A stretch of 64,000 nucleotides of DNA from Candidatus Hadarchaeum sp. (GTDB taxonomy: Archaea > Hadarchaeota > Hadarchaeia > Hadarchaeales > Hadarchaeaceae). The notes under the pieces were generated by a model. It worked only from the letters and a program-made list of their open reading frames with translations, did no database searches and was not told the DNA's origin. This document shows positions 21,017 through 30,992 of the stretch, piece by piece. Within the stretch, counting starts at the first letter, position 1, and every line of letters begins with the position of its first letter. The DNA lies in the NCBI RefSeq assembly GCF_038871235.1, contig NZ_JAVZIN010000007.1, positions 22,404 to 86,403 of the forward strand. Reading direction: 5' to 3'. The position numbers and the translations under genes are program-made.

Positions 21017-21601
21017 GTGGAGAAAAAGTATGAGGACCGGGGAATAGTACTTGATTTTCTCCCCCAGGGGCACCCGAACGATCCTAGGCCCATCCATCTG
21101 AGGGAGCCCATAGCCCAGATACTTGGCGATACCTTCTTTACTCTGTTGGAGGTGGTCCCAATTAAAGGAATGACCTTTGTGCCGCATGAAAGGGTTTCCA
21201 TCGGCAAGGGGGAAAGGGACAAGGTCGAGAGGATAAAACGACGGATTGGTTACGAGGATTTAACTGCCGCTGCCAAGGCCGAGCTACAGCCGGCGGTGGA
21301 GAGCTTGGTCAACGAAAATCCGGAGCGTTTTGTTGAGTTCTTTAACAGGGCGGCGCCGTTGACAACACGCTTCCACCAGCTCGAGCTGATCCCGGGCATA
21401 GGCAAGAAGCTGATGTGGGCGATAATTGAAGAGAGGAAGAAAAGCCCCTTCGTTGATTTTGCTGATATAGAGAATCGGGTGAAGGGGTTGGTGAACGTAA
21501 AGTCGCTCGTCGCCAAGAGAATTGTGATGGAGCTGCAGGGAGTTGACAAATACCGGATATTTGTCCGTCCTCCGGCTAAGAGGGCAATGCTTGAGGAGTA
21601 G
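21017..21601 (+). CDS. DUF655 family putative nucleic-acid-binding protein
   Basis: VLDFLP.G, G..FFTLLE, FFN.A.P.TTR.H.LEL.PGIGKK. Confidence 0.92.
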   Translation: MEKKYEDRGIVLDFLPQGHPNDPRPIHLREPIAQILGDTFFTLLEVVPIKGMTFVPHERVSIGKGERDKVERIKRRIGYEDLTAAAKAELQPAVESLVNENPERFVEFFNRAAPLTTRFHQLELIPGIGKKLMWAIIEERKKSPFVDFADIENRVKGLVNVKSLVAKRIVMELQGVDKYRIFVRPPAKRAMLEE

Positions 21602-21615
21602 TGAGTTTTGCCTTT

Positions 21616-21960
21616 TTAGCTTTCAGAGTTTTTAGCGCAAAGCTCGTTCAGGACGTCGATCCAAGCGGTATCGAAACCTCGTTCGTCAGCCGGTCTGAAC
21701 TTCTGCGCGGTTCTGGTCTTGGCCTCGTTTAAGATTTCAGCTATTTGTTCACCGTAGTTTTTTTCAAGTACCTTGTTGATGGTGGAGAGTTCCCCTCCAG
21801 ATTCCATTGCTGAGACCATACCCTGTAACGCCAGCAGGTAGCCCTTCGTAAACTCGTCGCCGGAGTTAGTTTTACTTCGGGTTGCTTCCAGCCACTCCTT
21901 GGCACCCTTGACGTCTTTCTTTTTCATAAGTTTTATCAGGGGCTTTAGATCGATTTCCAT
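21616..21960 (-). CDS. Hypothetical protein (alpha-helical)
   Basis: Non-overlapping 114-aa ORF with ATG start and natural composition. Confidence 0.7.
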   Translation of the reverse strand: MEIDLKPLIKLMKKKDVKGAKEWLEATRSKTNSGDEFTKGYLLALQGMVSAMESGGELSTINKVLEKNYGEQIAEILNEAKTRTAQKFRPADERGFDTAWIDVLNELCAKNSES

Positions 21961-22036
21961 AGCTAACCAGACCCCTCAGGCAGCAATCACCTCATGGTTT
22001 TTCGCAGGTGCAGACAAGGGTTTTCAACTTTCATCC

Positions 22037-22300
22037 TCACTCTCGAATTGTCTCCAGAATGCTGATGGCGTTCCAGATCAGGGTGCGGGTGTGAACGGGC
22101 ATGTTGGGATCGTTGCTTATCTCATCCAAGATTGAAATGGCAGTTGAGGCCCTGACCATGGCGTCGTGACTCTTGTTCAGGAGGGCGTTCTTGGCCTCGC
22201 CGGCTGCCCTGCGGATGTTCCGCGGAACTGTGGTGTCCTCTGCCATGCGCGACATCATCTCTGCAACCTGCTTCAGCTTTTCCTCTGAGGACACGGACAT
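22037..22300 (-). CDS. UPF0147 family protein
   Basis: D.TVPRNIRRAA...ISNDPNMP.H.RT.IW. Start reassigned to ATG at 22300 behind a GGGGTG SD-like sequence. Confidence 0.92.
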   Translation of the reverse strand: MSVSSEEKLKQVAEMMSRMAEDTTVPRNIRRAAGEAKNALLNKSHDAMVRASTAISILDEISNDPNMPVHTRTLIWNAISILETIRE

Positions 22301-22360
22301 CACCCCGCCACATGCGCAATCATCTAATTTTAATCTTGGGTCCCAATAAAGGGTTTTGGG

Positions 22361-22687
22361 GTGGGCATGAGGGAAGAGGACATACCCAAGGTTGTGGAGA
22401 TGTTGATGGCGGGGGGCAAGATGTTGGCGGTACATTGCGGCAGCTGTATGAGTCCTCTCTTTGAATATCAGGGAAAGGTCGTCTGCCCCGTTTGCGGTGG
22501 TCAGGCGAAGAAGTCAAAGCCCGAGGCCAAACCGTCATCGCTTGACAAGATCAGGGAAACGCTGCAGGCTAAGATTGACACCCTCGCCGAGCAGCTTGCC
22601 AAGGAAACCGATCACGCTAAGACTTTAGAGCTACTGGATAGAATAAAATCAGCCCTAGAGGTGCTGGAGAGGCTTAAGGAGAGGTGA
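22361..22687 (+). CDS. UPF0148 / autoantigen p27 (SSSCA1) family zinc-ribbon protein
   Basis: L..G.KML..HC..C.SPLF...G.V.CP.C plus coiled-coil tail; divergent from UPF0147. Confidence 0.88.
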   Translation: MGMREEDIPKVVEMLMAGGKMLAVHCGSCMSPLFEYQGKVVCPVCGGQAKKSKPEAKPSSLDKIRETLQAKIDTLAEQLAKETDHAKTLELLDRIKSALEVLERLKER

Positions 22688-22691
22688 GGGT

Positions 22692-22898
22692 TTGAAGAGG
22701 GATTTGATTTTGAAGGCCCTGAAGGAGGCAGGGACGCCGGTTACCACTGAGGAGTTGGCAAGGATGACAGGCATTGATATCGTGAGGCTGCGCGTAGATC
22801 TCTATCATCTTACTGAAGAGGGAAAGGTGGAGAGAAGGCTGCGTGGGAACACTCCGGTGTGGACGATAAAGCTGGGTATGTTTCCGGAGCAGCGCTGA
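22692..22898 (+). CDS. Small winged-helix protein (Z-alpha/FaeA-like)
   Basis: IL.AL...G.P.T..ELA..TG......DLY.L..EG.V......P.W; GAGGTG SD upstream. Confidence 0.8.
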   Translation: MKRDLILKALKEAGTPVTTEELARMTGIDIVRLRVDLYHLTEEGKVERRLRGNTPVWTIKLGMFPEQR

Positions 22899-23518
22899 AT
22901 AGGCAACCGCGTGATTTTTTGTACTGGTTGGATCTGGTCAGGATTGTCGGTGCTGGGGTGGTTCTCGGAGTCATCATGGGCCGAATAATCGTGAGGAGAC
23001 CTTATCATCTGGAGAGGCTGCACCCTAGGACCTGGTTACCCTTGGTCAAAAGAATGGGCCCTAGGCGTTGGCTGGTTCTCCTCGCCATCTCGCTTTCAAT
23101 AGCTTTTCTCTCCCTTGTTTTCTCGATGGCGACGGGATCTATCTTACAGCATTCGGGGATAGAGACGGTTTCTCCCGAGGAATATCCTTTTGTTTCAATT
23201 GAGCGGAATTACCCTTGGCTGACGCTGCTCTTGGTCAACATCCTTCCGATTTTTGAGGAATGGATTTTCCGTGGCGTGATAATGGATGAGTTAATCCGCT
23301 GGCGCAGGTCCAAGCTTCTCGCGGTCCTGACCTCAGCCCTTCTCTTTTCGGCCTTTCACCTTTCCAATCCGGGAACCTATCCGGCGATCGTCATTTCCAT
23401 GCTACCGGCCAGCCTGCTGCTTTCCGTATGCTACCTCTACACCGGCCTAGGCGGTGTTATTTTGGCCCACAACTCATACAACACAATTCTGGTTGTGATT
23501 GGGATTCTGGCGGGATAG
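22859..23518 (+). CDS. CPBP (CAAX/Abi family) intramembrane glutamic protease
   Basis: EEWIFRG, FSAFH, HNSYN motifs. True start uncertain, probably near 22895. Confidence 0.88.
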   Translation: MDDKAGYVSGAALNRQPRDFLYWLDLVRIVGAGVVLGVIMGRIIVRRPYHLERLHPRTWLPLVKRMGPRRWLVLLAISLSIAFLSLVFSMATGSILQHSGIETVSPEEYPFVSIERNYPWLTLLLVNILPIFEEWIFRGVIMDELIRWRRSKLLAVLTSALLFSAFHLSNPGTYPAIVISMLPASLLLSVCYLYTGLGGVILAHNSYNTILVVIGILAG

Positions 23519-23553
23519 TATCTTACTCGGTCTTTTATTTTAAAGGCTCAGTA

Positions 23554-24450
23554 ATGGTTGGGGAGCGGTTGGCGATTAGAGTTGTTAAATCCAACGGTCA
23601 GATCGAGGATTTCCGCCCTGAGAAGATATTGCGCACGCTCCGGAGGGCGGGTGCCAACAGAAAGCTGGCTGAAGAGATAGTCAAAAAAATTGAGGCCAGT
23701 GTTTACGATGGGATAACCACCAAGGAAATTTTAAGACTCGTTAAGGACATGATCTCCGAGCGGCAGCCTCCGGTGGCGATGCGCTACGACCTCAAGGATG
23801 CGATAATGCGCCTTGGCCCTGCAGGTTTCAACTTTGAAAACTTTGTTGCTGAACTGCTCCAGTGCTATGGGTACCAGACTAAGCTGAGGAGCATCGTTAA
23901 GGGGAGATGTGTGCAGCATGAAGTTGATGTGATAGCGGAGAAGACGGATGGTGATTTTATTCGTGCCATGATTGAGTGCAAGTACCACAACTTGCCCGGC
24001 GGCGCAGTGGGGCTGAAGGATGTTATGTACACCTACGCGCGCTTTTTGGACCTGAATGAGGCCGCCGAGCGTGGGGAAGGCAAATGGTTTGACGAGGTCT
24101 GGTTAGTTTCGAACACCAAGGCCTCTAGCGATGCCACCAAGTATGCTGAGTGTCGCGGAATAAAGCTCATATGTTGGAGATATCCTCGGGGCTGTGGTTT
24201 GGAGAAGATGATCGAGCGGGAGGAGCTATATCCCGTTACAGTTTTGCGTTCTGTCGATAGAGCAACCTTGGAAAAATTGAGTTCCGCGGGGATCATTTTG
24301 GTTAAACAGTTGCTCACCTCCGAGCCGCGTCAGCTGGCTAGGACTGGACTGGGGAAGAAGCGTTTGAGCGCGTTGGTTTCGGAGGCTGAACAACTGTTGG
24401 GTAAGAAAAACGGGGTTGATCGCGCGGTCTCCAGATGTGCTATAGTTTAA
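23554..24450 (+). CDS. ATP-cone domain fused to Mrr-like PD-(D/E)XK restriction-endonuclease domain
   Basis: VVKSNG..E.F..EKI (ATP cone); GF.FE.FVA.L....GY, HEVDVIA, IECKYH, LVSNT (nuclease). Start reassigned to ATG at 23554. Confidence 0.88.
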   Translation: MVGERLAIRVVKSNGQIEDFRPEKILRTLRRAGANRKLAEEIVKKIEASVYDGITTKEILRLVKDMISERQPPVAMRYDLKDAIMRLGPAGFNFENFVAELLQCYGYQTKLRSIVKGRCVQHEVDVIAEKTDGDFIRAMIECKYHNLPGGAVGLKDVMYTYARFLDLNEAAERGEGKWFDEVWLVSNTKASSDATKYAECRGIKLICWRYPRGCGLEKMIEREELYPVTVLRSVDRATLEKLSSAGIILVKQLLTSEPRQLARTGLGKKRLSALVSEAEQLLGKKNGVDRAVSRCAIV

Positions 24451-26755
24451 ACTTCATCTGAGAGGCGGCCACCGCTTGTCCCACCGAGAGGCAGCCGTCA
24501 CCCGGTGGTAGAAGTTCATGGCGGATGAATTTTAATCCAGCCTTTTCCACCTCTTTTCTCAAGGCAACGGTAATCGCCCGGTTACAGAAGACTCCGCCAG
24601 AAGCCCCGATAACCTCGATTCCTTCGGATCTTGCCACTTCAAGGGCAATCTGGCCCAGCCCACGGGCAATTGCCAGCTGAGCCGCGGCAGCGATGTGCTT
24701 TCTCGGGATGTGTTTTTTCATGGCAGAAATGATATCGAGTAACAATTTAGAAGTGTTTAAGATCAATTTTCCATCAACTTTTTCGATATGGGGTTCTATT
24801 TTGGCCTCGCCGGGCTCACCACCTCCTGCGGCAGCCTCCAGTTTTATAGCGGGCTCGCCCTCATAGGTCCGCTGGCAGCATATTCCCAGCAGACAGGAGA
24901 TGGCGTCCAAAACCCGGCCGCAACTGCTGCTCAGGAAAATGTTGAATTTTCTTTTCAATTGATGAAGGACCACTTCCCGTTCCTTTTCTCCGTGCTTAAA
25001 GCCGTTCGGGCAGTATTCCCTGAGGAGACGGTCAAGCTCATCTTCCCTGATATGATCCCAGAGAATTCCAGCCACCATTCTGGCCGGGTATACCGCCGCC
25101 AGATCACCGCCTGGCATCATTTGTTTCATCAGGCCCCCTCGATGCTCGTAAGAGTCGAGTCTGGCCACCATGATCTCTCCACCCCAGGCCGTCCCGTCCG
25201 GCCCATAACCGACGCCGTCCGCAGCAACGCCGATGAGTTCGTCGAGCCCGTGTTCAGCCATGAGTGCGCAGAGGTGAGCGTGATGGTGCTGGACGGAGAT
25301 GGTGCTGGCTTGGAAAGCCTCCGCCAGCTTAGGGGCAACGCGGGAAGTTGAGTAGCTAGGGTGCAGGTCGTGGGCCACAAGATCAACTTTTTTCAGGCCC
25401 AGCAGGTGCATCAGTCTACCGATGGCCTCCTGTAAGTAGTCAAGGGTTTCGAGCTTGGAGGTGTCCCCGATGTGCTGGCTGGGAAAACATCTGTTGCCGA
25501 TTAAAATTGAGGCAGTGACGTTAAGGTCTCCCCCAAGCGCGAGCACGGCTGTCCGGCTGTTGAAGGACAACTGAATGGGCTCGGGGACGAATCCGCGCGA
25601 TCGCCTTAGGAAAGCAGGTTTACCCTCAATCATTTTGACTACTGAGTCGTCGCACCTGTTGACGATGACTCGGTTGTGCAGCAGCAGGTAATCAACGACA
25701 TTTCGGAGTTTCTCTAGGGCTGCGCCATTGTCCACGATCATGGGGAGGCCGGTCACGTTGGCGCTCGTCATCACATAGGCGGGATCCTTGCCCATAGCTA
25801 GGAGCAAGTGGTGGATTCCGGAGTAAGGGAGCATTACCCCGACGGTATCGAGTCCTGGAGCCACCAGCTCGGACAGGTAGTAATTGTGGGAGCGTTTCAG
25901 GATGACGATGGGCCGGCGGTAGGAGGTGAGCATTTCCGCCTCTTCCGGCGAGACTTCAGCAAACGTTCTCACCCTCTCCAGATTTCTCGCCATCACTGCG
26001 AATGGCTGCTGGGGGTGGTCGAACTCCCTTCTGAGCCGTTGCAGCACACCGTCGTCGGTGGTCTTAGCTGCGATGTGAATGCCTCCTATTCCCTTCACGG
26101 CAACTAAATATCCCTCATCAAGCAGGCGCGCGGCTTCAGCAATCGGGTCTTCACTAACAACGATTTCACCGTTGGAGTGATACAGCTTCATGCGCGGCCC
26201 GCAGCTAGGACAGGCGATGGGCTCGGCGTGATATCTCCTATCGGCTGGATTCTGATACTCGCGCAGGCAGTCCGGACACAACGGGAAGAATTTCATCGAA
26301 GTTCTGACCCGGTCGTAGGGAAGCTCTTCAATAATAGTGAATCTTGGGCCACAGTTGACGCAAGTAATGAACGGGTAGTTATGCCTTCGGTCATTTTTAT
26401 CGAACATTTCGCTAAGGCAATCCTCGCAGAGGGCAAGGTCTGGAGGGATAACTGAAGGAAGGCCCAATATCTTTTTTTCGCTTGGTTGGACCTGAAAATC
26501 TTGAAATTGCTTGGATGGCGGTTGCCAGAAAATAGCTAGCGATTCAATCCTTGAAAGCGGAGGTTTTTCAGACCGGAGCGCTTGAATGAATTCCAAAATT
26601 TTTCCTTTGTCTCCCTCAACTACTATCTGAACTCCAGCATCGCCCATATTGCGAACGAATCCCAGAAGGCGATGTTTAATTGCCAGCCGGTAGACGAACG
26701 GCCTGAATCCCACGCCTTGGACGATGCCGCTGACCTGAATTTCAGCCCTTTCCAT
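24440..26755 (-). CDS. hypF: Carbamoyltransferase HypF ([NiFe] hydrogenase maturation)
   Basis: GIVQGVGFRPF acylphosphatase domain, two CxxC..CxxC zinc fingers, HDLHP, QHHHAH, DG.GYG, GDG..S.GQ. Confidence 0.97.
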   Translation of the reverse strand: MERAEIQVSGIVQGVGFRPFVYRLAIKHRLLGFVRNMGDAGVQIVVEGDKGKILEFIQALRSEKPPLSRIESLAIFWQPPSKQFQDFQVQPSEKKILGLPSVIPPDLALCEDCLSEMFDKNDRRHNYPFITCVNCGPRFTIIEELPYDRVRTSMKFFPLCPDCLREYQNPADRRYHAEPIACPSCGPRMKLYHSNGEIVVSEDPIAEAARLLDEGYLVAVKGIGGIHIAAKTTDDGVLQRLRREFDHPQQPFAVMARNLERVRTFAEVSPEEAEMLTSYRRPIVILKRSHNYYLSELVAPGLDTVGVMLPYSGIHHLLLAMGKDPAYVMTSANVTGLPMIVDNGAALEKLRNVVDYLLLHNRVIVNRCDDSVVKMIEGKPAFLRRSRGFVPEPIQLSFNSRTAVLALGGDLNVTASILIGNRCFPSQHIGDTSKLETLDYLQEAIGRLMHLLGLKKVDLVAHDLHPSYSTSRVAPKLAEAFQASTISVQHHHAHLCALMAEHGLDELIGVAADGVGYGPDGTAWGGEIMVARLDSYEHRGGLMKQMMPGGDLAAVYPARMVAGILWDHIREDELDRLLREYCPNGFKHGEKEREVVLHQLKRKFNIFLSSSCGRVLDAISCLLGICCQRTYEGEPAIKLEAAAGGGEPGEAKIEPHIEKVDGKLILNTSKLLLDIISAMKKHIPRKHIAAAAQLAIARGLGQIALEVARSEGIEVIGASGGVFCNRAITVALRKEVEKAGLKFIRHELLPPGDGCLSVGQAVAASQMKFKL

Positions 26756-26897
26756 CTCTCTCCCTTTAATTCCAGTTTTTCAGATAATAAATTGAACGTG
26801 ACGCTAATCGCGTTTAATTGAACCAAATCTAGTCGGTAGATATTTTATTGGATATTGAGATCGGTTCGGTATCATCGATTTTTTTCGATTCTGAGGT

Positions 26898-27788
26898 TTA
26901 TGGTATCCCGAATTTTTGGCACTGTTCGTCAACCATTCTTTGGATCTGAGCTATTTCCTCGTCGGTCAGGTGCCTGAATCTTCCCTGCATTTTCAGGTAA
27001 TCGGCGATAGGCCTTCTTTTGGTGGGCTTGAAAGTGACGTTTATCTTGCCGGCTTCATATTCGTAGAGGACCCAAGCCCCAGTGAGCACAGCTAGGCGAG
27101 CCACCTCTATTGACTTGCTGCTTTCTATCCTCCAACCAGGAACGCAGGGCGCGTGAACATGTACGTAAGTCGGCCCCTTGATTGACGCTGCTTTTTTTAA
27201 CTTTTTCTGAAAGTCAATTGGATAGGCAACAGAAGCCGTGGCCACGTAAGGGGCTCCGTGAGCAATTATTATCGCAGGTATATCTTTTTTCGGCCGATCC
27301 TCACCTTTTTTCACCTTTCCGACCGGTGTTGTGGTAGTCCAAGCCCCGAAGGGAGTGGCCCCGCTGCGCTGTATTCCAGTGTTCATGTAAGCCTCATTGT
27401 CATAGCAGATGTAGAGCATGTCTTCCCAGCGCTCCACAGCACCCGAGAGGGCCTGCAGGCCTATGTCCGCAGTCCCACCGTCGCCTGCTATAGCCACTGC
27501 TTTAACGTCGTTTTTGCCCAGCACCTTCAGCGCGCGAGAAACACCGGAAGCCACGGCAGCAGCATTTTCAAAGGCAACGTGAATCCAAGGGACCCTCCAA
27601 GCAGTTTGGGGATAGGGGCTGGTGACTATCTCCATGCAGCCGGTGGCCTCACTGATGATGACGTTTTTGCCCAGCGCCTTCAGCGCGTGCCGCAGCGAGA
27701 GCACACAGGCGCAACCAGCACAAGCCCTGTGTCCCGGAGCCAGCAGCTCCAGATCTGAGATGTCTTTCATTCCATCACTCCTCGACAA
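26898..27788 (-). CDS. porB: Pyruvate/2-ketoisovalerate:ferredoxin oxidoreductase beta subunit
   Basis: [43 protein letters not shown]. Confidence 0.93.
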   Translation of the reverse strand: MSRSDGMKDISDLELLAPGHRACAGCACVLSLRHALKALGKNVIISEATGCMEIVTSPYPQTAWRVPWIHVAFENAAAVASGVSRALKVLGKNDVKAVAIAGDGGTADIGLQALSGAVERWEDMLYICYDNEAYMNTGIQRSGATPFGAWTTTTPVGKVKKGEDRPKKDIPAIIIAHGAPYVATASVAYPIDFQKKLKKAASIKGPTYVHVHAPCVPGWRIESSKSIEVARLAVLTGAWVLYEYEAGKINVTFKPTKRRPIADYLKMQGRFRHLTDEEIAQIQRMVDEQCQKFGIP

Positions 27789-28953
27789 GTTTTTCCTGAA
27801 GGCCCAGCCATCTGACTTTTTCTTTCACCTCTCCCGTTTCAGCGGCTTTCTGAGTTTCTCTGACCGCCTGCTCGATCTGGGCCGAGGTAACATCCCGTCC
27901 CGCTAGGCCACAGATGAAGTTGATCATCAATGGAGCTTGTTTAGTATTGGCGAAAGCCGCCGCCGTGTCGATGAAAAGGCCTCCAGCATATCCCAGTGAG
28001 ATGTCCTTTTCTAGCACCGCGACCGCTTTGGACTGCCCTAACGTTTCTACTATTTCATCGGTTGGGAAGGGACGGAATGATTTTAGCTTGACCAACCCCA
28101 CCTTCTCTCCCTTGCTTCTTAAGTTGTCCACAACGTCCCTTGCGCTGCTGCTGAGCGAGCCCATGGTCAGTATCATCACCTCGGCATCATCGCAGCAGTA
28201 TTTTTCCATAATCCCATAACCTCGGCCGAAGCGTTTCTTAAACTCTTCGTCAACTTTAAGGATCTTGGCCTTGGCTCCCTGAACGGCTTTCTGGAGCAGA
28301 TACCTGAACTCCATGTAGTATTCTGGCACGCCGACGGCGCCCATCGTAACTGGCTTATCTGGATCGAGCGCGTAGGGATAGTGATAAGGTGGTAGAAAGG
28401 CATCAACTTCCGTCTGCTCCGGGCAGTCCACTGGTTCGAGAGTATGGGAGAGGATATAGCCGTCGTAGCAGATCATGACCGGAAGTAAAAGTTCCTCGGC
28501 TATGCGGAAGGCCTGAATGGTGGTGTCAAGGATCTCTTGGTTGTTTTCACAATAAAGTTGAATCCAGCCAGAGTCCCGCACCGTCATCGAGTCCTGTTGG
28601 TCACACCAGATGCTAAGAGGCGCGGAAACCGAACGATTGGCGTTGGTCATAACTATAGGAAGCCTGAGACCTGAGGCGACGTAGAGCATCTCGTTCATGA
28701 GAAGAAGTCCTTGGGATGATGTGGCCGTGAAAGCACGGACACCTGTGGCCGCAGCGCCGATGCAGGCGCTCATGGCGCTGTGCTCGGATTCCACCTTTAT
28801 GAATTCGGCGTCCAATTCTCCGTTTGAAACGTATTCCGCTAGCTTCTCAACAACTGTGGTCTGAGGCGTAATCGGATAGGCCGAGATGACTTTTACCCGG
28901 GACAGCTTAGCGGCAAGCGCAACCGCCTCGTTTCCATCCATTATCTGCTTCAT
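27775..28953 (-). CDS. porA: Pyruvate/2-ketoisovalerate:ferredoxin oxidoreductase alpha subunit
   Basis: [32 protein letters not shown]. Confidence 0.93.
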   Translation of the reverse strand: MKQIMDGNEAVALAAKLSRVKVISAYPITPQTTVVEKLAEYVSNGELDAEFIKVESEHSAMSACIGAAATGVRAFTATSSQGLLLMNEMLYVASGLRLPIVMTNANRSVSAPLSIWCDQQDSMTVRDSGWIQLYCENNQEILDTTIQAFRIAEELLLPVMICYDGYILSHTLEPVDCPEQTEVDAFLPPYHYPYALDPDKPVTMGAVGVPEYYMEFRYLLQKAVQGAKAKILKVDEEFKKRFGRGYGIMEKYCCDDAEVMILTMGSLSSSARDVVDNLRSKGEKVGLVKLKSFRPFPTDEIVETLGQSKAVAVLEKDISLGYAGGLFIDTAAAFANTKQAPLMINFICGLAGRDVTSAQIEQAVRETQKAAETGEVKEKVRWLGLQEKLVEE

Positions 28954-29210
28954 GTCTTACATTCCTCCTTCATGGTTATGGCTTTTACCGGGCATTCGTT
29001 GGCGCAGATACCGCAGCCCTTGCAATACCTGAGATCTATCTTGGGTGGTTTTCCCTTGGATATCGCCATTTCCGGGCAGAAGAGCCAGCAGATGCCACAG
29101 CCGGTGCATTTGGCTGGGTCTATGCTAGGACAGAAAACCCTCCATTCACCTGTCTCATAACTTTCGGCGTTTCCGGGTTCAGTTATTATGGCTCCGGGTT
29201 TAAGCTTCAT
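28950..29210 (-). CDS. porD: Oxidoreductase delta subunit (2x[4Fe-4S])
   Basis: [30 protein letters not shown]. Confidence 0.93.
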   Translation of the reverse strand: MKLKPGAIITEPGNAESYETGEWRVFCPSIDPAKCTGCGICWLFCPEMAISKGKPPKIDLRYCKGCGICANECPVKAITMKEECKT

Positions 29211-29749
29211 ACTACCACCGTCTCTTCGTATGCTTGCCTAGCTGCGTTAATGTTCTTCTCAGCCATTTTTCCAAATCTCTTTTCAATCACTTTCTGTATG
29301 GACTCCAACGAGACCACACCGGTAGCTTTTGCTAGAGCGCCGAGCATGGTGGTGTTGGTTATCGGCACACCAATGGCTTCAATTGAGATTTTAGTGGCAT
29401 CAACAACGGCGACCTTTACTCCCTTGAGATTTTTTGGGACCTCCTTGGAGTTCAGAATCACGACTCCGTTCGGTTTTAAACCCGCAGCCACGTCTATGGA
29501 ACCGATAAGAGTTGGGTCTAGCACCACCACATAGTCCGGCCTGTAGACCTGTTCATGGGTGCGGATGGGTTGTTTATTTATTCTGGTGAAGGCCACGACT
29601 GGTGCCCCTCGTCTTTCCGCTCCAAAGAAGGGAAAAGCCTGACAATAGTTTCCCTCAAGGAAAGAGGCCTCCGCCAATAGCCGCGCCGCGGTGACGGCGC
29701 CCTGCCCGCCCCTGCCGTGAAATCTTATCTCTATCGTGATAATCCCCAC
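29207..29749 (-). CDS. porG: Oxidoreductase gamma subunit
   Basis: [23 protein letters not shown]. Confidence 0.93.
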
Positions 29750-29883
29750 GCTCAGCTTTTACCAAACTCTGCTTACCTTTATAAATTTTAATCGGTGGGG
29801 TGAATATAATTTAAAATTAATCTTTAGCAGAAAATTTTCGAAAGTGATAAATAAAATAGGGTAAACCTTTATAGGGATTTTCA

Positions 29884-30030
29884 ATGGCTAAAAAGGGCGA
29901 AAAATATCGTTGTGAAAAATGTGGGGCAGTCGTCGTAATAGACGAAGAGTGCGGCTGTGCAGCCTGCGATTTGATCTGTTGCGGCGTGCCGATGAAGAAA
30001 GTCACAAAACCGGCTAAAAAGGCCAAGTAG
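29884..30030 (+). CDS. 48-aa desulforedoxin-like Cys-rich microprotein (absent from ORF track)
   Basis: Translated by hand: MAKKGEKYRCEKCGAVVVIDEECGCAACDLICCGVPMKKVTKPAKKAK. G..Y.C..CG and L.CCG.PM desulforedoxin signature; TTTATA box upstream and T-tract downstream. Confidence 0.85.
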   Translation: MAKKGEKYRCEKCGAVVVIDEECGCAACDLICCGVPMKKVTKPAKKAK

Positions 30031-30162
30031 GTTCCTTTCTAGTTATCTTTTTCTTTTTTTTGGCACTACTTACATTTTTAAAGCTAGGGATTTTGGAGTT
30101 TTTTGGGCGGCTGGGAATCGAAAAAGGTAAAAGTTTTAAAAACAACTTAAATTAGGTGAAAA

Positions 30163-30585
30163 ATGAAAGTGTCAAAGGAATTGTTAGATCTTTTAAACGA
30201 TGCTATTGCTAGAGAACTTCAAGTCGCAATTCAGTACATGTGGCAACACGTAATGTGGGGCGGAGTGAAAGGTTTCGCAGTTAAGGATGAACTGAAGAAG
30301 ATAGCGATAGTCGAGATGAAACACGCGGAGAAGATTGCGGAGCGGCTTTACTATCTTGGTGGAGTGCCAACTACCAAGCCCTCTCCGATAGTGGTGGGCA
30401 AGAACCTCAAGGAGATGATCGCCCAGGACATCAAGGATGAAGAAAACGCGATTTCTATGTACAAAAAGATAATCGAGCTGGCCAGAAAAGAAGGCGACGA
30501 AGTGACCAACTTAATCTTTAGGCACATCCTTGAGGATGAGGAAGAACATCACGACACCTTTACGACGTTGATGGAAGAAATATAA
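30163..30585 (+). CDS. Ferritin-like (bacterioferritin-related) di-iron protein
   Basis: E..A..QY, EMKH, E..A...Y and DEEEH ferroxidase-type motifs. Confidence 0.88.
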   Translation: MKVSKELLDLLNDAIARELQVAIQYMWQHVMWGGVKGFAVKDELKKIAIVEMKHAEKIAERLYYLGGVPTTKPSPIVVGKNLKEMIAQDIKDEENAISMYKKIIELARKEGDEVTNLIFRHILEDEEEHHDTFTTLMEEI

Positions 30586-30719
30586 GTTTGGTTCTAATCC
30601 GGTAGAAAATATAAAAATATTTTTTTGTTTTTTAAATCAGCGATGGTGCTAGGTAATTTTCGAGCTAAGAAAAGATTTTAAGTTTTCCGTGAATTAAATT
30701 TTGAGGAATTCAAACGCAG

Positions 30720-30992
30720 ATGAACCATGTCGAGGGAAAGAAAAGGGGGCGCATATTTCTTTTTGCCCTGAGCACGTGCGTCTGGTGCGCCAAAACAAAG
30801 AAGCTTTTAGACGACCTAGGTGTGGATTATTACTACGTGGATGTAGATCTTCTTAAGGGTGAAAGCAGAGAAGAGGCGCTGAAGGAGATGGAGCGCTGGA
30901 ATCCCAAGAGATCTTTCCCCACGCTGGTGATAAACGACCGGCACATCGTTGGCTTTGATGAGAAGAAGATAAAAGAGGCGCTAGCTGCGTGA
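30720..30992 (+). CDS. Glutaredoxin-like protein
   Basis: LSTCVWC, SFPT, IVGF. Confidence 0.92.
   Translation: MNHVEGKKRGRIFLFALSTCVWCAKTKKLLDDLGVDYYYVDVDLLKGESREEALKEMERWNPKRSFPTLVINDRHIVGFDEKKIKEALAA

Noticed and set aside
29817-30026. 69-aa minus-strand ORF
   Set aside because: Shadow of the + strand desulforedoxin-like microprotein.
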